Source: Candidatus Fermentibacteraceae bacterium
GTDB taxonomy: Bacteria; Fermentibacterota; Fermentibacteria; Fermentibacterales; JCC-6
NCBI GenBank assembly: GCA_027067855.1
Contig: JAMOUX010000026.1
Coordinates: 16,473 to 80,472, forward strand
Reading direction: 5' to 3'
DNA length: 64,000 nt
In this document: piece after piece, positions 29,802 to 39,907 of the stretch
Layout of the letters: each line of letters begins with the position of its first letter
How positions within the stretch are numbered: the stretch's first letter is position 1
Made by a program: the position numbers and the translations under genes
Notes under the pieces: model-generated
What the model saw: only the letters and a program-made list of their open reading frames with translations
What the model was told of the DNA's origin: nothing
The model's database searches: none

Positions 29802-32290
29802 CTCTCCACCTCCGTCCGGTTTTCCTCAATATCTCCGCCGGCCTCGCCGCGCAACACGGCGGCATCCACCACGCGATCGTCTTCGGGAAGGTTCATCAGC
29901 TTCACTCCCATGGTGCTCCTGCCCGTTTCCCTCACCTGCGAAACCGGCATTCTTATCACCATTCCCGAAGCTGAAACCAGTATCAGTTCGTCGTCGTCCG
30001 ATACTTCCATTATGGAAATTACCGGTCCGTTTCTCTCTATGTTCCTGATATTTATTATCCCCGCACTACCCCGGTGCGTGAGCCTGTACTCTTCCGAGAA
30101 CGTGCGCTTTCCGTATCCCCCCTCCGTTATCGTCAGGAGGCTTCCCGGTTCGTCCATCACCACCATTCCGACAAGTCTGTCGCCCTTCTCCACCTTGATG
30201 CCGCGTACTCCCCTGGTGTAACGCCCCATAGGACGTATTTCCTTCTCCTCGAACCTGTTGGCCTTACCGTTGGCCAAGGCGAGGAAGACCTTGCTGGATC
30301 CGCTGGTGAGAACGGCGGATACAAGCTCCGCTCCTTCTTCGAGTTTTATCGCCCAGATACCGTCACGCCTGGGACGGCTGTACGCCGAAAGGGAAGTCTT
30401 CTTGACCACCCCGTCGCTGGTAGCCATGAGTATGTACCTGCCGGGATCGAAGTCCTTGACGCACACACCGGCTACGGGCCTCTCCCCGGACTTCATATCC
30501 AGGAGGTTCACTATCGCCTTGCCCTTGCTCGTCCTGCCTACTTCGGGAATCCTGTATACCTTCAGCCAGTAGCACCGTCCCATGTTGGTGAAAAACAGGA
30601 TGAAACTGTGGTTCGAGGCCACCAGGACCTGCTCTATGAAATCGCCATCCTTCGTCGCGGCGCCGGTTATTCCCCTGCCTCCCCTGTGCTGGCTCCTGTA
30701 TGTGTCTACGGGAAGCCGTTTGACGTACCCTTTCCTCGAAACGGTTATCACCATCTCGTCGTCGGGAACCAGGTCTTCTATTTCCAGATCCTCCGCCGTA
30801 CCCTCCTCTATGAACGTCTTCCTGGGTTGTCCGAACCGCTCGGCGATTTCTCCGAGTTCCTCCGATACGACCTCCATCCTCAGCTTTCTGCTGGCATCGA
30901 GTCGCTCGAGTCTTCTCATCCGCTCGCGAAGTTCCCGGAACTCTTTTTCCAGTTCCCTCCGTTCCAGGCCTGCAAGTTTCTTCAACCTCATGTCGAGAAT
31001 GGCCTGGGCCTGTATCTCCGAAAAACCGAAGACCTCCACCAGCCTGCGTTTCGCCTCTTCACCGCTCCCGGACGATTTGATTATCGCTATGACCTCGTCT
31101 ATGGATTCCTGGGCTTTGAGCAGCCCTTCCACTATGTGGGCCCGGGCCCGGGTCTTCTCCAGATCGTACGCGACCCTGCGTCTTATTACATCGTGCCTGT
31201 GCTCCAGGTAACGCCGGATAAGTTCCCGGAGCCCGAGTCTCCTGGGAGTACCGTCGCAAAGGGCAAGAAAATTGGAACCGAACGTTTTTTCCAGGGCCGT
31301 ATGCTTATAGAGTTGGTTCAGAATGATTTCGGGAACGGCGTCCTTCTTGAGCTCCACAACCACCCGCATCCCGGTTCTGTCCGATTCGTCCCTGAGATCG
31401 GCTATGGCGGTTATCTTCTTCTTGCGGACGAGGTCGGCTATATTCTCTATGAACTTCGTCTTGTTAACCTGGTAAGGTATTTCCGTAATTACAAGGGCAT
31501 CCCGTCCCTTGGACGTTTTTTCCACGGTAACTTTTCCACGGACCCTTATCGAACCCCGGCCTCTCAGGTAGCTCTCTCTTATCCCGGCGGTACCGTAAAT
31601 AATGCCGCCCGTAGGAAAGTCCGGCCCCTTCACTATTTCGAAGAGTTCTTCATCGGATATCTCCCGGTCATCTATCATCCTGCGGCAGGCCTCGACAACC
31701 TCCGCGAGATTGTGAGGAGGGATATTGGTCGCCATACCCACGGCGATTCCCGAAGATCCGTTCACCAGCAGGTTCGGAAAGGCCGAAGGCAATATGGACG
31801 GTTCCTTGAGGCGGGCATCGAAGTTGGGAACCATGTCCACCGTGTTCTTGTCGATATCCCTCAGCATCTCCTCGCCTATCGCGGATATCCGTGCCTCGGT
31901 GTAACGGTACGCCGCCGCAGGGTCCCCGTCTATGGATCCGAAGTTCCCCTGGCCGTCCACCAGGGGATGCAACAGGGAAAAATCCTGCGCCATACGCACC
32001 ATCGAATCGTACACCGCCGCGTCGCCGTGGGGGTGATACTTTCCCAGAACATCGCCCACCACCGTCGCCGATTTCCTGTAAGGCCTCTTGTGGGTGAGAT
32101 TCTGTTCGTACATCGAGTAGAGAATCCGGCGATGAACCGGTTTGAGACCGTCCCTGACGTCCGGAAGCGCCCTGGAAACGATAACGCTCATGGAATAGTC
32201 CAGGTAGGAGCGTTTCATCTCCTCTTCTATGTCGATGTACTCTGTCTTCCCGACGGGCGAGTATTTCGTGTCTTCGGGTCTGCTGCTCAT
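29798..32290 (-). CDS. gyrA: DNA gyrase subunit A
   Basis: [25 protein letters not shown], GyrA box QHRGGRG. Confidence 0.98.
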   Translation of the reverse strand: MSSRPEDTKYSPVGKTEYIDIEEEMKRSYLDYSMSVIVSRALPDVRDGLKPVHRRILYSMYEQNLTHKRPYRKSATVVGDVLGKYHPHGDAAVYDSMVRMAQDFSLLHPLVDGQGNFGSIDGDPAAAYRYTEARISAIGEEMLRDIDKNTVDMVPNFDARLKEPSILPSAFPNLLVNGSSGIAVGMATNIPPHNLAEVVEACRRMIDDREISDEELFEIVKGPDFPTGGIIYGTAGIRESYLRGRGSIRVRGKVTVEKTSKGRDALVITEIPYQVNKTKFIENIADLVRKKKITAIADLRDESDRTGMRVVVELKKDAVPEIILNQLYKHTALEKTFGSNFLALCDGTPRRLGLRELIRRYLEHRHDVIRRRVAYDLEKTRARAHIVEGLLKAQESIDEVIAIIKSSGSGEEAKRRLVEVFGFSEIQAQAILDMRLKKLAGLERRELEKEFRELRERMRRLERLDASRKLRMEVVSEELGEIAERFGQPRKTFIEEGTAEDLEIEDLVPDDEMVITVSRKGYVKRLPVDTYRSQHRGGRGITGAATKDGDFIEQVLVASNHSFILFFTNMGRCYWLKVYRIPEVGRTSKGKAIVNLLDMKSGERPVAGVCVKDFDPGRYILMATSDGVVKKTSLSAYSRPRRDGIWAIKLEEGAELVSAVLTSGSSKVFLALANGKANRFEEKEIRPMGRYTRGVRGIKVEKGDRLVGMVVMDEPGSLLTITEGGYGKRTFSEEYRLTHRGSAGIINIRNIERNGPVISIMEVSDDDELILVSASGMVIRMPVSQVRETGRSTMGVKLMNLPEDDRVVDAAVLRGEAGGDIEENRTEVER

Positions 32291-32305
32291 TTCGGGCGAT
32301 TCTCC

Positions 32306-34234
32306 TTATACGTCCAGGTTCACCACTTCGGCGGCGTGTTTCTGTATGAATTCCCGCCTGGGCTCCACGTCATCTCCCATCAGCACCGAGAAGATATGAC
32401 TCGCCTCGATGGCATTCTCCAGCCTTACCTGTAACAATTTTCTTCTCTCGGGATCCATGGTCGTCGCCCAGAGCTGCTCCGGGTTCATCTCTCCCAGCCC
32501 CTTGTACCTCTGCACAACGACGCCGTCTTCTCCCATCTCCCGCACGTATCTGTGCCTCTCGTCGTCGTTGAAGGCGTAACGCTTCTTCGAGCCCTTCCTC
32601 AACATGTAGAGCGGCGGCTGGGCTATGTACACGTACCCTTCTTCTATCAATTCCGGCATGTGCCTGTAGAAAAACGTGAGAAGAAGAGTTCTTATGTGAG
32701 AGCCGTCCACATCCGCGTCCGTCATTATGATGATCTTGTGGTATCTCAGGTTAGCTATATCGAAATCTTCCTCTATACCCGTGCCGGCTGCCGTGATTAT
32801 CGTTCTTATCTCGTTGTTGTTAAGTACTTTGGTAAGCTGAGCCTTCTCCACGTTTATTATCTTGCCCCGCAAAGGAAGCACCGCCTGGAAGAACCTGTTC
32901 CTGCCCTGCTTGGCGGAACCTCCCGCCGAATTGCCCTCGACGATGAAAAGCTCCGCTTTCTCCGGATCGTCTATCGAGCAGTCGGCCAGCTTGCCGGGAA
33001 GAGTCGCCGTCTCGAGAGCGGATTTTCTCCTTGTGAGTTCCCTGGCCTTTTTGGCCGCCTGCCTGGAGCTGTTGTTGAGAAGGCATTTCTGCACGATCCG
33101 CCTGGCCACGGAGGGATTTTCCTCCAGGAATGTAGCGAGATCCCTGCTGACCAGGGAAGAAACCGCGCCCTGGATATTCCTGTTGCCCAGCCTGGTCTTG
33201 GTTTGTCCTTCGAACTGCGGATTGGGCACCTTCACGCTGATCACCGCCGCCAAGCCTTCCCGCACGTCGCTTCCGTTGAAGGTGATGTCCTTGTTTCCCG
33301 TCAGCTTGTTTTGAACGGCGTACTCGTTGAGAGTTCTCGTCAGCGCCGATTTCATACCGGAAAGATGCGTACCACCGTCGATGGTATTTATGTTGTTCAC
33401 GAAACTGAAGATATCCTCCTGGAAAGCAGTGTTGTACTGGAGCGCCACGTCGATAAGCACGACGCCCTCCTTCCCCAGGTCGGCTTCTCCCGTTATCCTC
33501 ACGGGATCGTGCAGGGTCGTGTGAGCCTCGTTTATATACGCCACGAAGGAACTGAGGCCTCCCTCGAAATGGAATTCCTCCTTCTCGTTCCCACCTTCCC
33601 TGAGATCGGTTATGACGAGCCGGAGATCATCGTTGAGATATGCCAGTTCTCTCAGTCTCTTCTTCAATGTCTGCGTGTTGAATCCGATTTCCTCGAATAT
33701 TTCCCCGTAGTCCGGCATGAACCTTACCATGGTACCCGTAGAAGAGGTTTCTCCGACCACTTCCTGGGAAGACACCGGTACGCCTCTCCTGAATTCCTGC
33801 CGGTAGATCTTCCCGTTTTTTCGGACTTCAACCACGAGCCATTTCGACAACGCGTTCACGACGCTTACTCCCACCCCGTGTAACCCGCCGGATGTTTTGT
33901 AGGCTTCGTCGTCGAACTTTCCGCCGGCATGAAGGGTGGTCATCACCACTTCCAGCGCAGGTTTCCCGCTGCTGTGCATCCCCACGGGAATTCCCCTGCC
34001 GTCGTCGGTCACGGAAACGGATCCGTCATCGTGAAGCACCACGTCTATTCTGGTGCAGTACCCCGCCTGGGCCTCATCGATGCTGTTGTCCACCACTTCC
34101 CACACCAGGTGATGCAGGCCCGCCTGGGACGTGGATCCGATGTACATGCTGGGCCTCTTGCGCACATGCTCGAGCCCCTTCAGAACCTTTATGGAACTGG
34201 CGTCGTACGTTACATTGTCCCGTTCAGATTTCAC
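32306..34234 (-). CDS. gyrB: DNA gyrase subunit B
   Basis: EVVDNSIDE, GGLHGVG, EGNSAGG, PLRGK, TDADVDG, RYKGLGEM. Confidence 0.98.
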   Translation of the reverse strand: MKSERDNVTYDASSIKVLKGLEHVRKRPSMYIGSTSQAGLHHLVWEVVDNSIDEAQAGYCTRIDVVLHDDGSVSVTDDGRGIPVGMHSSGKPALEVVMTTLHAGGKFDDEAYKTSGGLHGVGVSVVNALSKWLVVEVRKNGKIYRQEFRRGVPVSSQEVVGETSSTGTMVRFMPDYGEIFEEIGFNTQTLKKRLRELAYLNDDLRLVITDLREGGNEKEEFHFEGGLSSFVAYINEAHTTLHDPVRITGEADLGKEGVVLIDVALQYNTAFQEDIFSFVNNINTIDGGTHLSGMKSALTRTLNEYAVQNKLTGNKDITFNGSDVREGLAAVISVKVPNPQFEGQTKTRLGNRNIQGAVSSLVSRDLATFLEENPSVARRIVQKCLLNNSSRQAAKKARELTRRKSALETATLPGKLADCSIDDPEKAELFIVEGNSAGGSAKQGRNRFFQAVLPLRGKIINVEKAQLTKVLNNNEIRTIITAAGTGIEEDFDIANLRYHKIIIMTDADVDGSHIRTLLLTFFYRHMPELIEEGYVYIAQPPLYMLRKGSKKRYAFNDDERHRYVREMGEDGVVVQRYKGLGEMNPEQLWATTMDPERRKLLQVRLENAIEASHIFSVLMGDDVEPRREFIQKHAAEVVNLDV

Positions 34235-34237
34235 CAG

Positions 34238-34531
34238 TTAACCTTCCTCGTTTCCGGTCACCGTGCGTACGTCGACGAACAGTTCCCTCTTCCACCTGGT
34301 GTTGAGCACCGCCAGGATATTTTCTTTGCAGGTCCTTATCTCCATGGCGGCCGCCGGATGCCTGCATAACACCACCAACACCGGTCCGCCGTAATCCACA
34401 GGCGTGGTATAAGCGGCCAGATCTTCTCCCACCAGGTCCTTCCAGAGTTTCCTGACCGAACTCCTGTCGAAAAAGAGTTCCGGGTCACGGTTCCGTAAAA
34501 CCCTCGGCAGTATGTCCTTCAGTTTTTCCAT
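34238..34531 (-). CDS. DUF721/DciA-family protein
   Basis: W..LVG..LA..T.P motif, size and canonical position upstream of gyrB. Confidence 0.8.
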   Translation of the reverse strand: MEKLKDILPRVLRNRDPELFFDRSSVRKLWKDLVGEDLAAYTTPVDYGGPVLVVLCRHPAAAMEIRTCKENILAVLNTRWKRELFVDVRTVTGNEEG

Positions 34532-34534
34532 TCC

Positions 34535-35656
34535 TCACGTTTCCTGGGTCCGGGAAAGTTTGACCGGCATTATCAGGGCAAGATGCCGCCAGCCGTCCCC
34601 GGGGTCCTTCGCATCCCTTATCAGTACGGCCGTGCCGGAATCCTTCATTTGAAGTTTAACCCGTTCGCAATCCATGTTCCGCAGGATTTCCATCAAAAAA
34701 CTGCAATTGAAACCTATCTGGAAAGGCCTGCCATGATACTCGGCCTGGAGTTCCTCCCTCGCTTCGCCTGCGTCGGAACTCTCCGCATGTACCATGACCT
34801 TTCCGGACTCCAGGGAAAACATCACCTGATGAGTGGAGGGATTCGCCATGGTGTTCACCCTGCGCAGGACGAGAATAAGCTCCTCCCGATCCAATTCCAG
34901 GTCACAATCATTATCCTTGGGAATCACCTTTTTGTAAGGAGGATACTCGCCGTCTATGGTCCTGCTGTAAATCTTCGTACCATCAAACTGGAACGAAATC
35001 TGGGATCCCTCGTGACGTATGAGAACATCGCCTTCACCGGAAAAACGGGCGAAAAGGTTCAGGGCCTTCTGGGTCACCAACGCCTTCAGCTCCACCGGTG
35101 ATACCAGATCGGGAACAAGCACCCTGCTCAACCTGTGGCCATCCGTCGCCACCATCTCGAAACCTTCCGCCCCGGTTTTCATGAGCGCACCGTTCAATGT
35201 CGCCCTGTAGTCATCCTTGGCGACCGCGTAGGACGTCACTTTTATCGCCCTTACCAACACGTCCACCGGGATTACCACCGGTTCGGTTCCCCCTTCCGTC
35301 GGAAGCGTGGGAAATTGTTCCTTGGAACTTCCGCTCAGGGTGAAAGAACCCTTTCCGCAACTTATGGTTATCCTGTTACCGGTTCCGCTGAAGCGTACCT
35401 CGCTTTCCGGAAGCTCCCGAACTATCTCGTGGAGTTTCTTCCCCGGAAGCAGCACCGCTCCGGGAGTGGACACGGAAGCGGGCAACCTCGTAACCACCGT
35501 CGTGTCCAGATCCGTAGCCGCCAATTCCAGCGAATCACCGTCGGTTTCCAGGAGAACATTTGTAAGGTAAGGCAGGCTGCTTCTCGTGGGAAGGGCGGAA
35601 GCAACCCGGTTCAGCCCCTTGAGAAGATCCGAGTGGTCGACGAGAAACTTGATCAT
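34535..35656 (-). CDS. dnaN: DNA polymerase III beta clamp
   Basis: AATDLD, ATDGHRL, GEYPPYKKVIP, IGFN, LIMPV. Confidence 0.97.
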   Translation of the reverse strand: MIKFLVDHSDLLKGLNRVASALPTRSSLPYLTNVLLETDGDSLELAATDLDTTVVTRLPASVSTPGAVLLPGKKLHEIVRELPESEVRFSGTGNRITISCGKGSFTLSGSSKEQFPTLPTEGGTEPVVIPVDVLVRAIKVTSYAVAKDDYRATLNGALMKTGAEGFEMVATDGHRLSRVLVPDLVSPVELKALVTQKALNLFARFSGEGDVLIRHEGSQISFQFDGTKIYSRTIDGEYPPYKKVIPKDNDCDLELDREELILVLRRVNTMANPSTHQVMFSLESGKVMVHAESSDAGEAREELQAEYHGRPFQIGFNCSFLMEILRNMDCERVKLQMKDSGTAVLIRDAKDPGDGWRHLALIMPVKLSRTQET

Positions 35657-35860
35657 GGGTTTTCCTCCAGCGTAACAAAGAAATACTTTCCATACGAAAA
35701 GACATTAGTAATTATACTCGTGTAAATGTGGACCTGCCATAAGCCGTGGTGCGATACTTGGACTTGCGATGTGCAAAACAGTGTCGGTATTCTCCGGGTA
35801 AGTCCATGGTTTTCCACCGGCATTGTTTTTCCACGTTTTTTCGCAGGGATTTCCACATGC
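35657..35860. other. oriC part 2 (dnaA-dnaN gap): degenerate DnaA boxes plus AT-rich candidate unwinding element
   Basis: TTTTCCACC 35810-35818, TTTTCCACG 35827-35835, ATTTCCACA 35849-35857, TGTGCAAAA 35770-35778, TGTGGACCT 35727-35735, ATTAGTAATTATA 35704-35716. Confidence 0.6.
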
Positions 35861-37204
35861 TTAGAGGGAGTTGAGTTTTCTTTTTATATCTTCGATTTTC
35901 CTGTCAAGATCTCGGTCCGACTCCCTCAGTTCCTCTATCCGTTCGATGGAGTTCAAAACGGTGGAATGATCTCTTCCCGAGAAAAACGCTCCTATTTCTT
36001 TGAGCGACATCGAGGTCAATTCCCGCAGAAGTGTCATGGCCACCTGCCTGGGAATCAATATGTTTCTCTTCCTGTGTTTTCCCCTGAGCTGCGAAGGTGA
36101 GATGTTGAATTCCTCGGCCACCGCCGAGGTGATGGCTCCCGGAGTGAGTCTCCTGGAGATGGTTCCCAGCGTCGATTTTATTTCTTTCTCGGCGAGTTCC
36201 ATGTCTATGCGGCTGCCGGTCAACCTTGATATGGCGGCCAGGCGGTGAACCACTCCCGATAGCTGCCTGACGTTCTTGGTTATGGAAGCGGCTATGAAGT
36301 CCAGGACTTCCCTGTCGATCTCTATTCCCTCGTCTCTTACGAGAAGCATCAGGATGGCGAGCCTCGTTTCGAATTCCGGGGGTTTGATATCGGCGACCAG
36401 TCCCCACTGGAAGCGGCTTATGAGACGTTCGGGCAGATCCTTCAGCTCGTGGGGAGGCCTGTCGGAGGTGAGAACTATCTGCTTTTCCTGCTGGTGGAGT
36501 TCGTTGAACCTGTGGAAAAAAGCCTCCTGGGTTTCAACCTTGCCCTCGAGAAACTGAATGTCGTCCATGAGCAGGTAATCTATACCCTGGAAAAGTTTCC
36601 TGAACTTGGTGTAATCCTTTTGCAGGACGCAGTTTATGAAAGTTCCAACTACGAACTCCGTGGAGAGATACCTGAAAGTCATGCCGGATTCATCCTGCCT
36701 TATACTGTGCGCGATGGCCTGTATGAGATGCGTCTTACCGAGGCCGACGCCACCGTATATGAACAGAGGATTGTAAGTGCTGGAACCGGCATTACGGCTT
36801 ACTGCAAGAGCCCCGGCATGGGCCAGCTGGTTGTTCGGACCGACCACGAAATGGTCGAACGTGTAATTCGCCCGGAGAAACATGGAGTCGGAACCGGCGC
36901 CTCCGATACCGGGAGGAACGAAATCCTTCGACGACGGTCCGGGCTTGGCGGGATCGCCGATGAACTGGAGGGCGAGATCCGGCCTGCCGGACAAATCTCT
37001 CAGTATCTCCTCCATCATGGAGCCGAAACGGGACTTCGCGTGGCCCGCCACGAAGGAATTGCGAAACCTGATGACCATGAGGGTGCCGCTCATGTCTTCA
37101 AAAGAGGAACCTTTCAGCCAGGAGTCGAACTCGGTCTTGTCGAGATTTTTCTCGGCTTCCCCGAGACAAAGATTCCAGAGACTGGCGGGATCGAAGTTAT
37201 CCAT
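35861..37204 (-). CDS. dnaA: Chromosomal replication initiator DnaA
   Basis: YTFDHFV, NPLFIYGGVGLGKTHL, DDIQFL, LISRF, GRDHSTV. Confidence 0.98.
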   Translation of the reverse strand: MDNFDPASLWNLCLGEAEKNLDKTEFDSWLKGSSFEDMSGTLMVIRFRNSFVAGHAKSRFGSMMEEILRDLSGRPDLALQFIGDPAKPGPSSKDFVPPGIGGAGSDSMFLRANYTFDHFVVGPNNQLAHAGALAVSRNAGSSTYNPLFIYGGVGLGKTHLIQAIAHSIRQDESGMTFRYLSTEFVVGTFINCVLQKDYTKFRKLFQGIDYLLMDDIQFLEGKVETQEAFFHRFNELHQQEKQIVLTSDRPPHELKDLPERLISRFQWGLVADIKPPEFETRLAILMLLVRDEGIEIDREVLDFIAASITKNVRQLSGVVHRLAAISRLTGSRIDMELAEKEIKSTLGTISRRLTPGAITSAVAEEFNISPSQLRGKHRKRNILIPRQVAMTLLRELTSMSLKEIGAFFSGRDHSTVLNSIERIEELRESDRDLDRKIEDIKRKLNSL

Positions 37205-37540
37205 TCCACTCCAATCGATCGGATGGGAAGATTCCTAAGGGTGTAAGGGACATTGAAAAACGCATTTTATCCACAACGAAATCCACAACCGCGCAGGCAT
37301 ATAACTTACGGTAATGTAAGGAAATAGGGTAGTACGGGTTTTCGGGATGACATCGACTGTGGAAAACGGGGGGACATTGACCCCCGTCACCTGCAAGTAC
37401 TTGACGCATTTGATAATATTGGCTAGTGTTCACAATCAATGACTCCGGTAAAATGACTCGACTTGAGAAATTGATTCAAACAAGATGCCTTCGTCAAGGC
37501 GGACGATCCGGCGAACGATTCAGGGAAAAGAGTGATTCAA
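37205..37540. other. oriC part 1 (rpmH-dnaA gap) with DnaA boxes
   Basis: TTATCCACA 37267-37275 (perfect), AAATCCACA 37279-37287, TGTGGAAAA 37358-37366; gene orientation diverges here. Confidence 0.75.
37401..37429 (+). promoter_or_regulatory. Putative rpmH promoter
   Basis: TTGACG-17 nt-TAGTGT. Confidence 0.45.
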
Positions 37541-37675
37541 ATGAAGAGAACTTATCAACCAAGCAGACTTTCGAAAGTCAGGAGACACGGTTTCAGGGCA
37601 AGGATGTCTACCAGGAGCGGCAGAAAGATTCTGAACGCCAGGAGAAGGAAGGGCAGAAAGAAACTGATTCCCTAG
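37541..37675 (+). CDS. rpmH: 50S ribosomal protein L34
   Basis: Manual translation [44 protein letters not shown] (not in the ORF track). Confidence 0.97.
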   Translation: MKRTYQPSRLSKVRRHGFRARMSTRSGRKILNARRRKGRKKLIP

Positions 37676-37680
37676 AAACC

Positions 37681-38013
37681 ATGAAAAACACCCTGAAGAA
37701 GGGATACCAGTTCAGGAGGGTGTACAGAACCGGAAAGGCTTTCAAGGGAAAGACCTTCAGGGCAGTATTCAGGAGAAATACCCTGGGCTGTATACGCCTG
37801 GGGTTTTCGCTTTCCTCGAAAAGCGGAAAGGCGGTTTCGAGGAACCTGATGAAACGAAGAATAAGATCACTGGCACCCGGAATAAAGAGGGGGGTGGACG
37901 TGGTGATACTCCCTGCGGGAAAATTGGATGGCTTGCGCTGGAAAGCCGTAAGGGCGGATTTCGAAAGACTGGTGAAGGTTATAAGCGAGACCCTGGGCGA
38001 CGGCGATGGATGA
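37681..38013 (+). CDS. rnpA: Ribonuclease P protein component
   Basis: [24 protein letters not shown] (RNR motif variant); follows rpmH. Confidence 0.92.
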   Translation: MKNTLKKGYQFRRVYRTGKAFKGKTFRAVFRRNTLGCIRLGFSLSSKSGKAVSRNLMKRRIRSLAPGIKRGVDVVILPAGKLDGLRWKAVRADFERLVKVISETLGDGDG

Positions 38014-38332
38014 TGGAAAAAGGAGAAAACCCGGTGTCGTTGCCGGGCTGCTGGCGGGAATGGTGGGCTTATACAGATGGTACGTTTCGCCTATGCTGCC
38101 CGGAAGCTGCATATATACTCCCACTTGCAGCGAGTATGCCCAGGAAGCGCTGAAAAAATTCGGTGCCCTTCGTGGATCGTGGATGGCGGTAAAGAGAATA
38201 TCGAGATGTAACCCTTTCCACGAGGGAGGCTACGACCCGGTCCCGGAAGTCGACGAAGAAGTGGTTCCCACGGACGAAGGAGCGACTTCGGCGGGAATCC
38301 GGAAGGAGATTTCGGATGAGCGATCAGAATAG
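38006..38332 (+). CDS. yidD: Membrane protein insertion efficiency factor
   Basis: Y..YVSP....[27 protein letters not shown]. Confidence 0.95.
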   Translation: MDDGKRRKPGVVAGLLAGMVGLYRWYVSPMLPGSCIYTPTCSEYAQEALKKFGALRGSWMAVKRISRCNPFHEGGYDPVPEVDEEVVPTDEGATSAGIRKEISDERSE

Positions 38333-39884
38333 ATTTTTGCTGGCCATGGTGCTGATGGCCGGGGTACTGTTCCTGAGCTGGCAGCTTAACAACGACAAAT
38401 CCGTGCCGGAGGCCGCGATGGTATCGGATGGCGTCATGCCGGCGACGGAACCCGGGGACTACACGGAGCCGGTTGTACGGGATTCGCTGGAAAAACGGGA
38501 GCCGATCGATGCCGGGGAATTCGAAAGCCGCACCGTAACCGTGCTCGTATACGAAGACGACGAATTGATGGTGACAGCCGGGGTTTCGACGATGACGGGA
38601 TCGGTGGAGACCTGGCGACTGGAGCGTTACGAGAACGTACCGGGGTCGGGAAACGGTGCCGTGAACCTGGCTGGGGACGAATGGATGAACCTGGGAAACG
38701 GGTTTCTGACCGATGCCCCGGATACGCTGCGGGTAAAAAACGGTCCGGTCATCCTGGATCTGGTATCCCTGGATGGAAACAGGAAGGTTCGCTACACGTT
38801 TCAACCGGAGTTTTACGGCTTTCTCCTGGAAAAATCGGGTTATGACGGAATAACCGTGCTGAACGGGGGAGTGATCCCCGTAAGCGAGTCGAACGTTGAC
38901 GTGGGCAGATATTTCAGGGCGCAGTGGAACTCCGATAAGGTGAAAAGCCGGAAGAGCGGCGATATCGACACGGAAGACCGGGTGGGGAACGTCAAGTGGA
39001 TAGCGGCCAGGAGCAAGTACTTTGGAATAGTCCTGATGCCGGAATCCTCCGAAAGGGCTTACGCTGTCGTCTATCCGTCGGAGAAGGGGAAATCGCCTTC
39101 CGTGGGAATACTGGACGACCGGGTGCGGGTGTACGCGGGGCCGCTGGACTACGGCGTGCTGAGGGAACTCGGCAGAGACACCCACCTGATGGTCGATTTC
39201 GGGTGGCCCGTGATAAGAGACATAGGAAGGCTTCTGTTCTGGTTCTGCACGTCGGTATTATCCTTTGTTGAAAACTGGGGATTGAAAATAATTATACTAT
39301 CAATAGTATTGAAACTGGTTCTCCTTCCCCTTACGACGAAAAGTTTCCGATCCATGGCGAAATTGAGGCAGGTCCAGCCCAGGATAAAGGAGATACAAGA
39401 AAAGTACAAGAGTGATCCGAAGGCGATGCAGGCGGCGATGCAAAAACTCTATAAGGAGGAAGGCGTCAATCCCCTGGGTGGATGCCTGCCGCTGCTGATG
39501 CAGATGCCGGTATTCTTAGCGTTGTACAGGGTGCTTGCCAATTCGGTGCAACTCAGGGGCGCCGGGTTCATGCTCTGGATAACCGACCTTTCCACGCCGG
39601 AGATGATAATTCGATTCCCGGAACGGTTCATGGGACTTTCGGGAATAGGACTTCTGCCGGTTCTCATGGGTATATCGATGTTCCTGCAGCAGAAAATGAG
39701 CACCGTCGATCAGAGCCAGAAAAGCATGACGTACATAATGCCCATTTTCATGACCTACCTCTTCATGAGGTTTCCAGCAGGCCTCACGTTGTACTGGTTC
39801 GTGAATAATCTGCTCACCATAGCCCAGCAAAAAATCATAAACGATAGACTGGAAACCGGAGCGGACACAGCGGAACGGCGTTGA
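38316..39884 (+). CDS. yidC: Membrane protein insertase YidC
   Basis: [42 protein letters not shown]. Confidence 0.96.
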   Translation: MSDQNRFLLAMVLMAGVLFLSWQLNNDKSVPEAAMVSDGVMPATEPGDYTEPVVRDSLEKREPIDAGEFESRTVTVLVYEDDELMVTAGVSTMTGSVETWRLERYENVPGSGNGAVNLAGDEWMNLGNGFLTDAPDTLRVKNGPVILDLVSLDGNRKVRYTFQPEFYGFLLEKSGYDGITVLNGGVIPVSESNVDVGRYFRAQWNSDKVKSRKSGDIDTEDRVGNVKWIAARSKYFGIVLMPESSERAYAVVYPSEKGKSPSVGILDDRVRVYAGPLDYGVLRELGRDTHLMVDFGWPVIRDIGRLLFWFCTSVLSFVENWGLKIIILSIVLKLVLLPLTTKSFRSMAKLRQVQPRIKEIQEKYKSDPKAMQAAMQKLYKEEGVNPLGGCLPLLMQMPVFLALYRVLANSVQLRGAGFMLWITDLSTPEMIIRFPERFMGLSGIGLLPVLMGISMFLQQKMSTVDQSQKSMTYIMPIFMTYLFMRFPAGLTLYWFVNNLLTIAQQKIINDRLETGADTAERR

Positions 39885-39907
39885 GACATGGCAACGGGAG
39901 CATAAGG

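Noticed and set aside
18471..37204. Inteins or introns in ATPase A, GyrA, GyrB or DnaA
   Set aside because: All have ordinary lengths and continuous motifs.
37426..37680. Track ORF giving RnpA an 85-aa N-terminal extension
   Set aside because: It overlaps rpmH in another frame and RnpA similarity begins at ATG 37681; there is no evidence for the upstream start.
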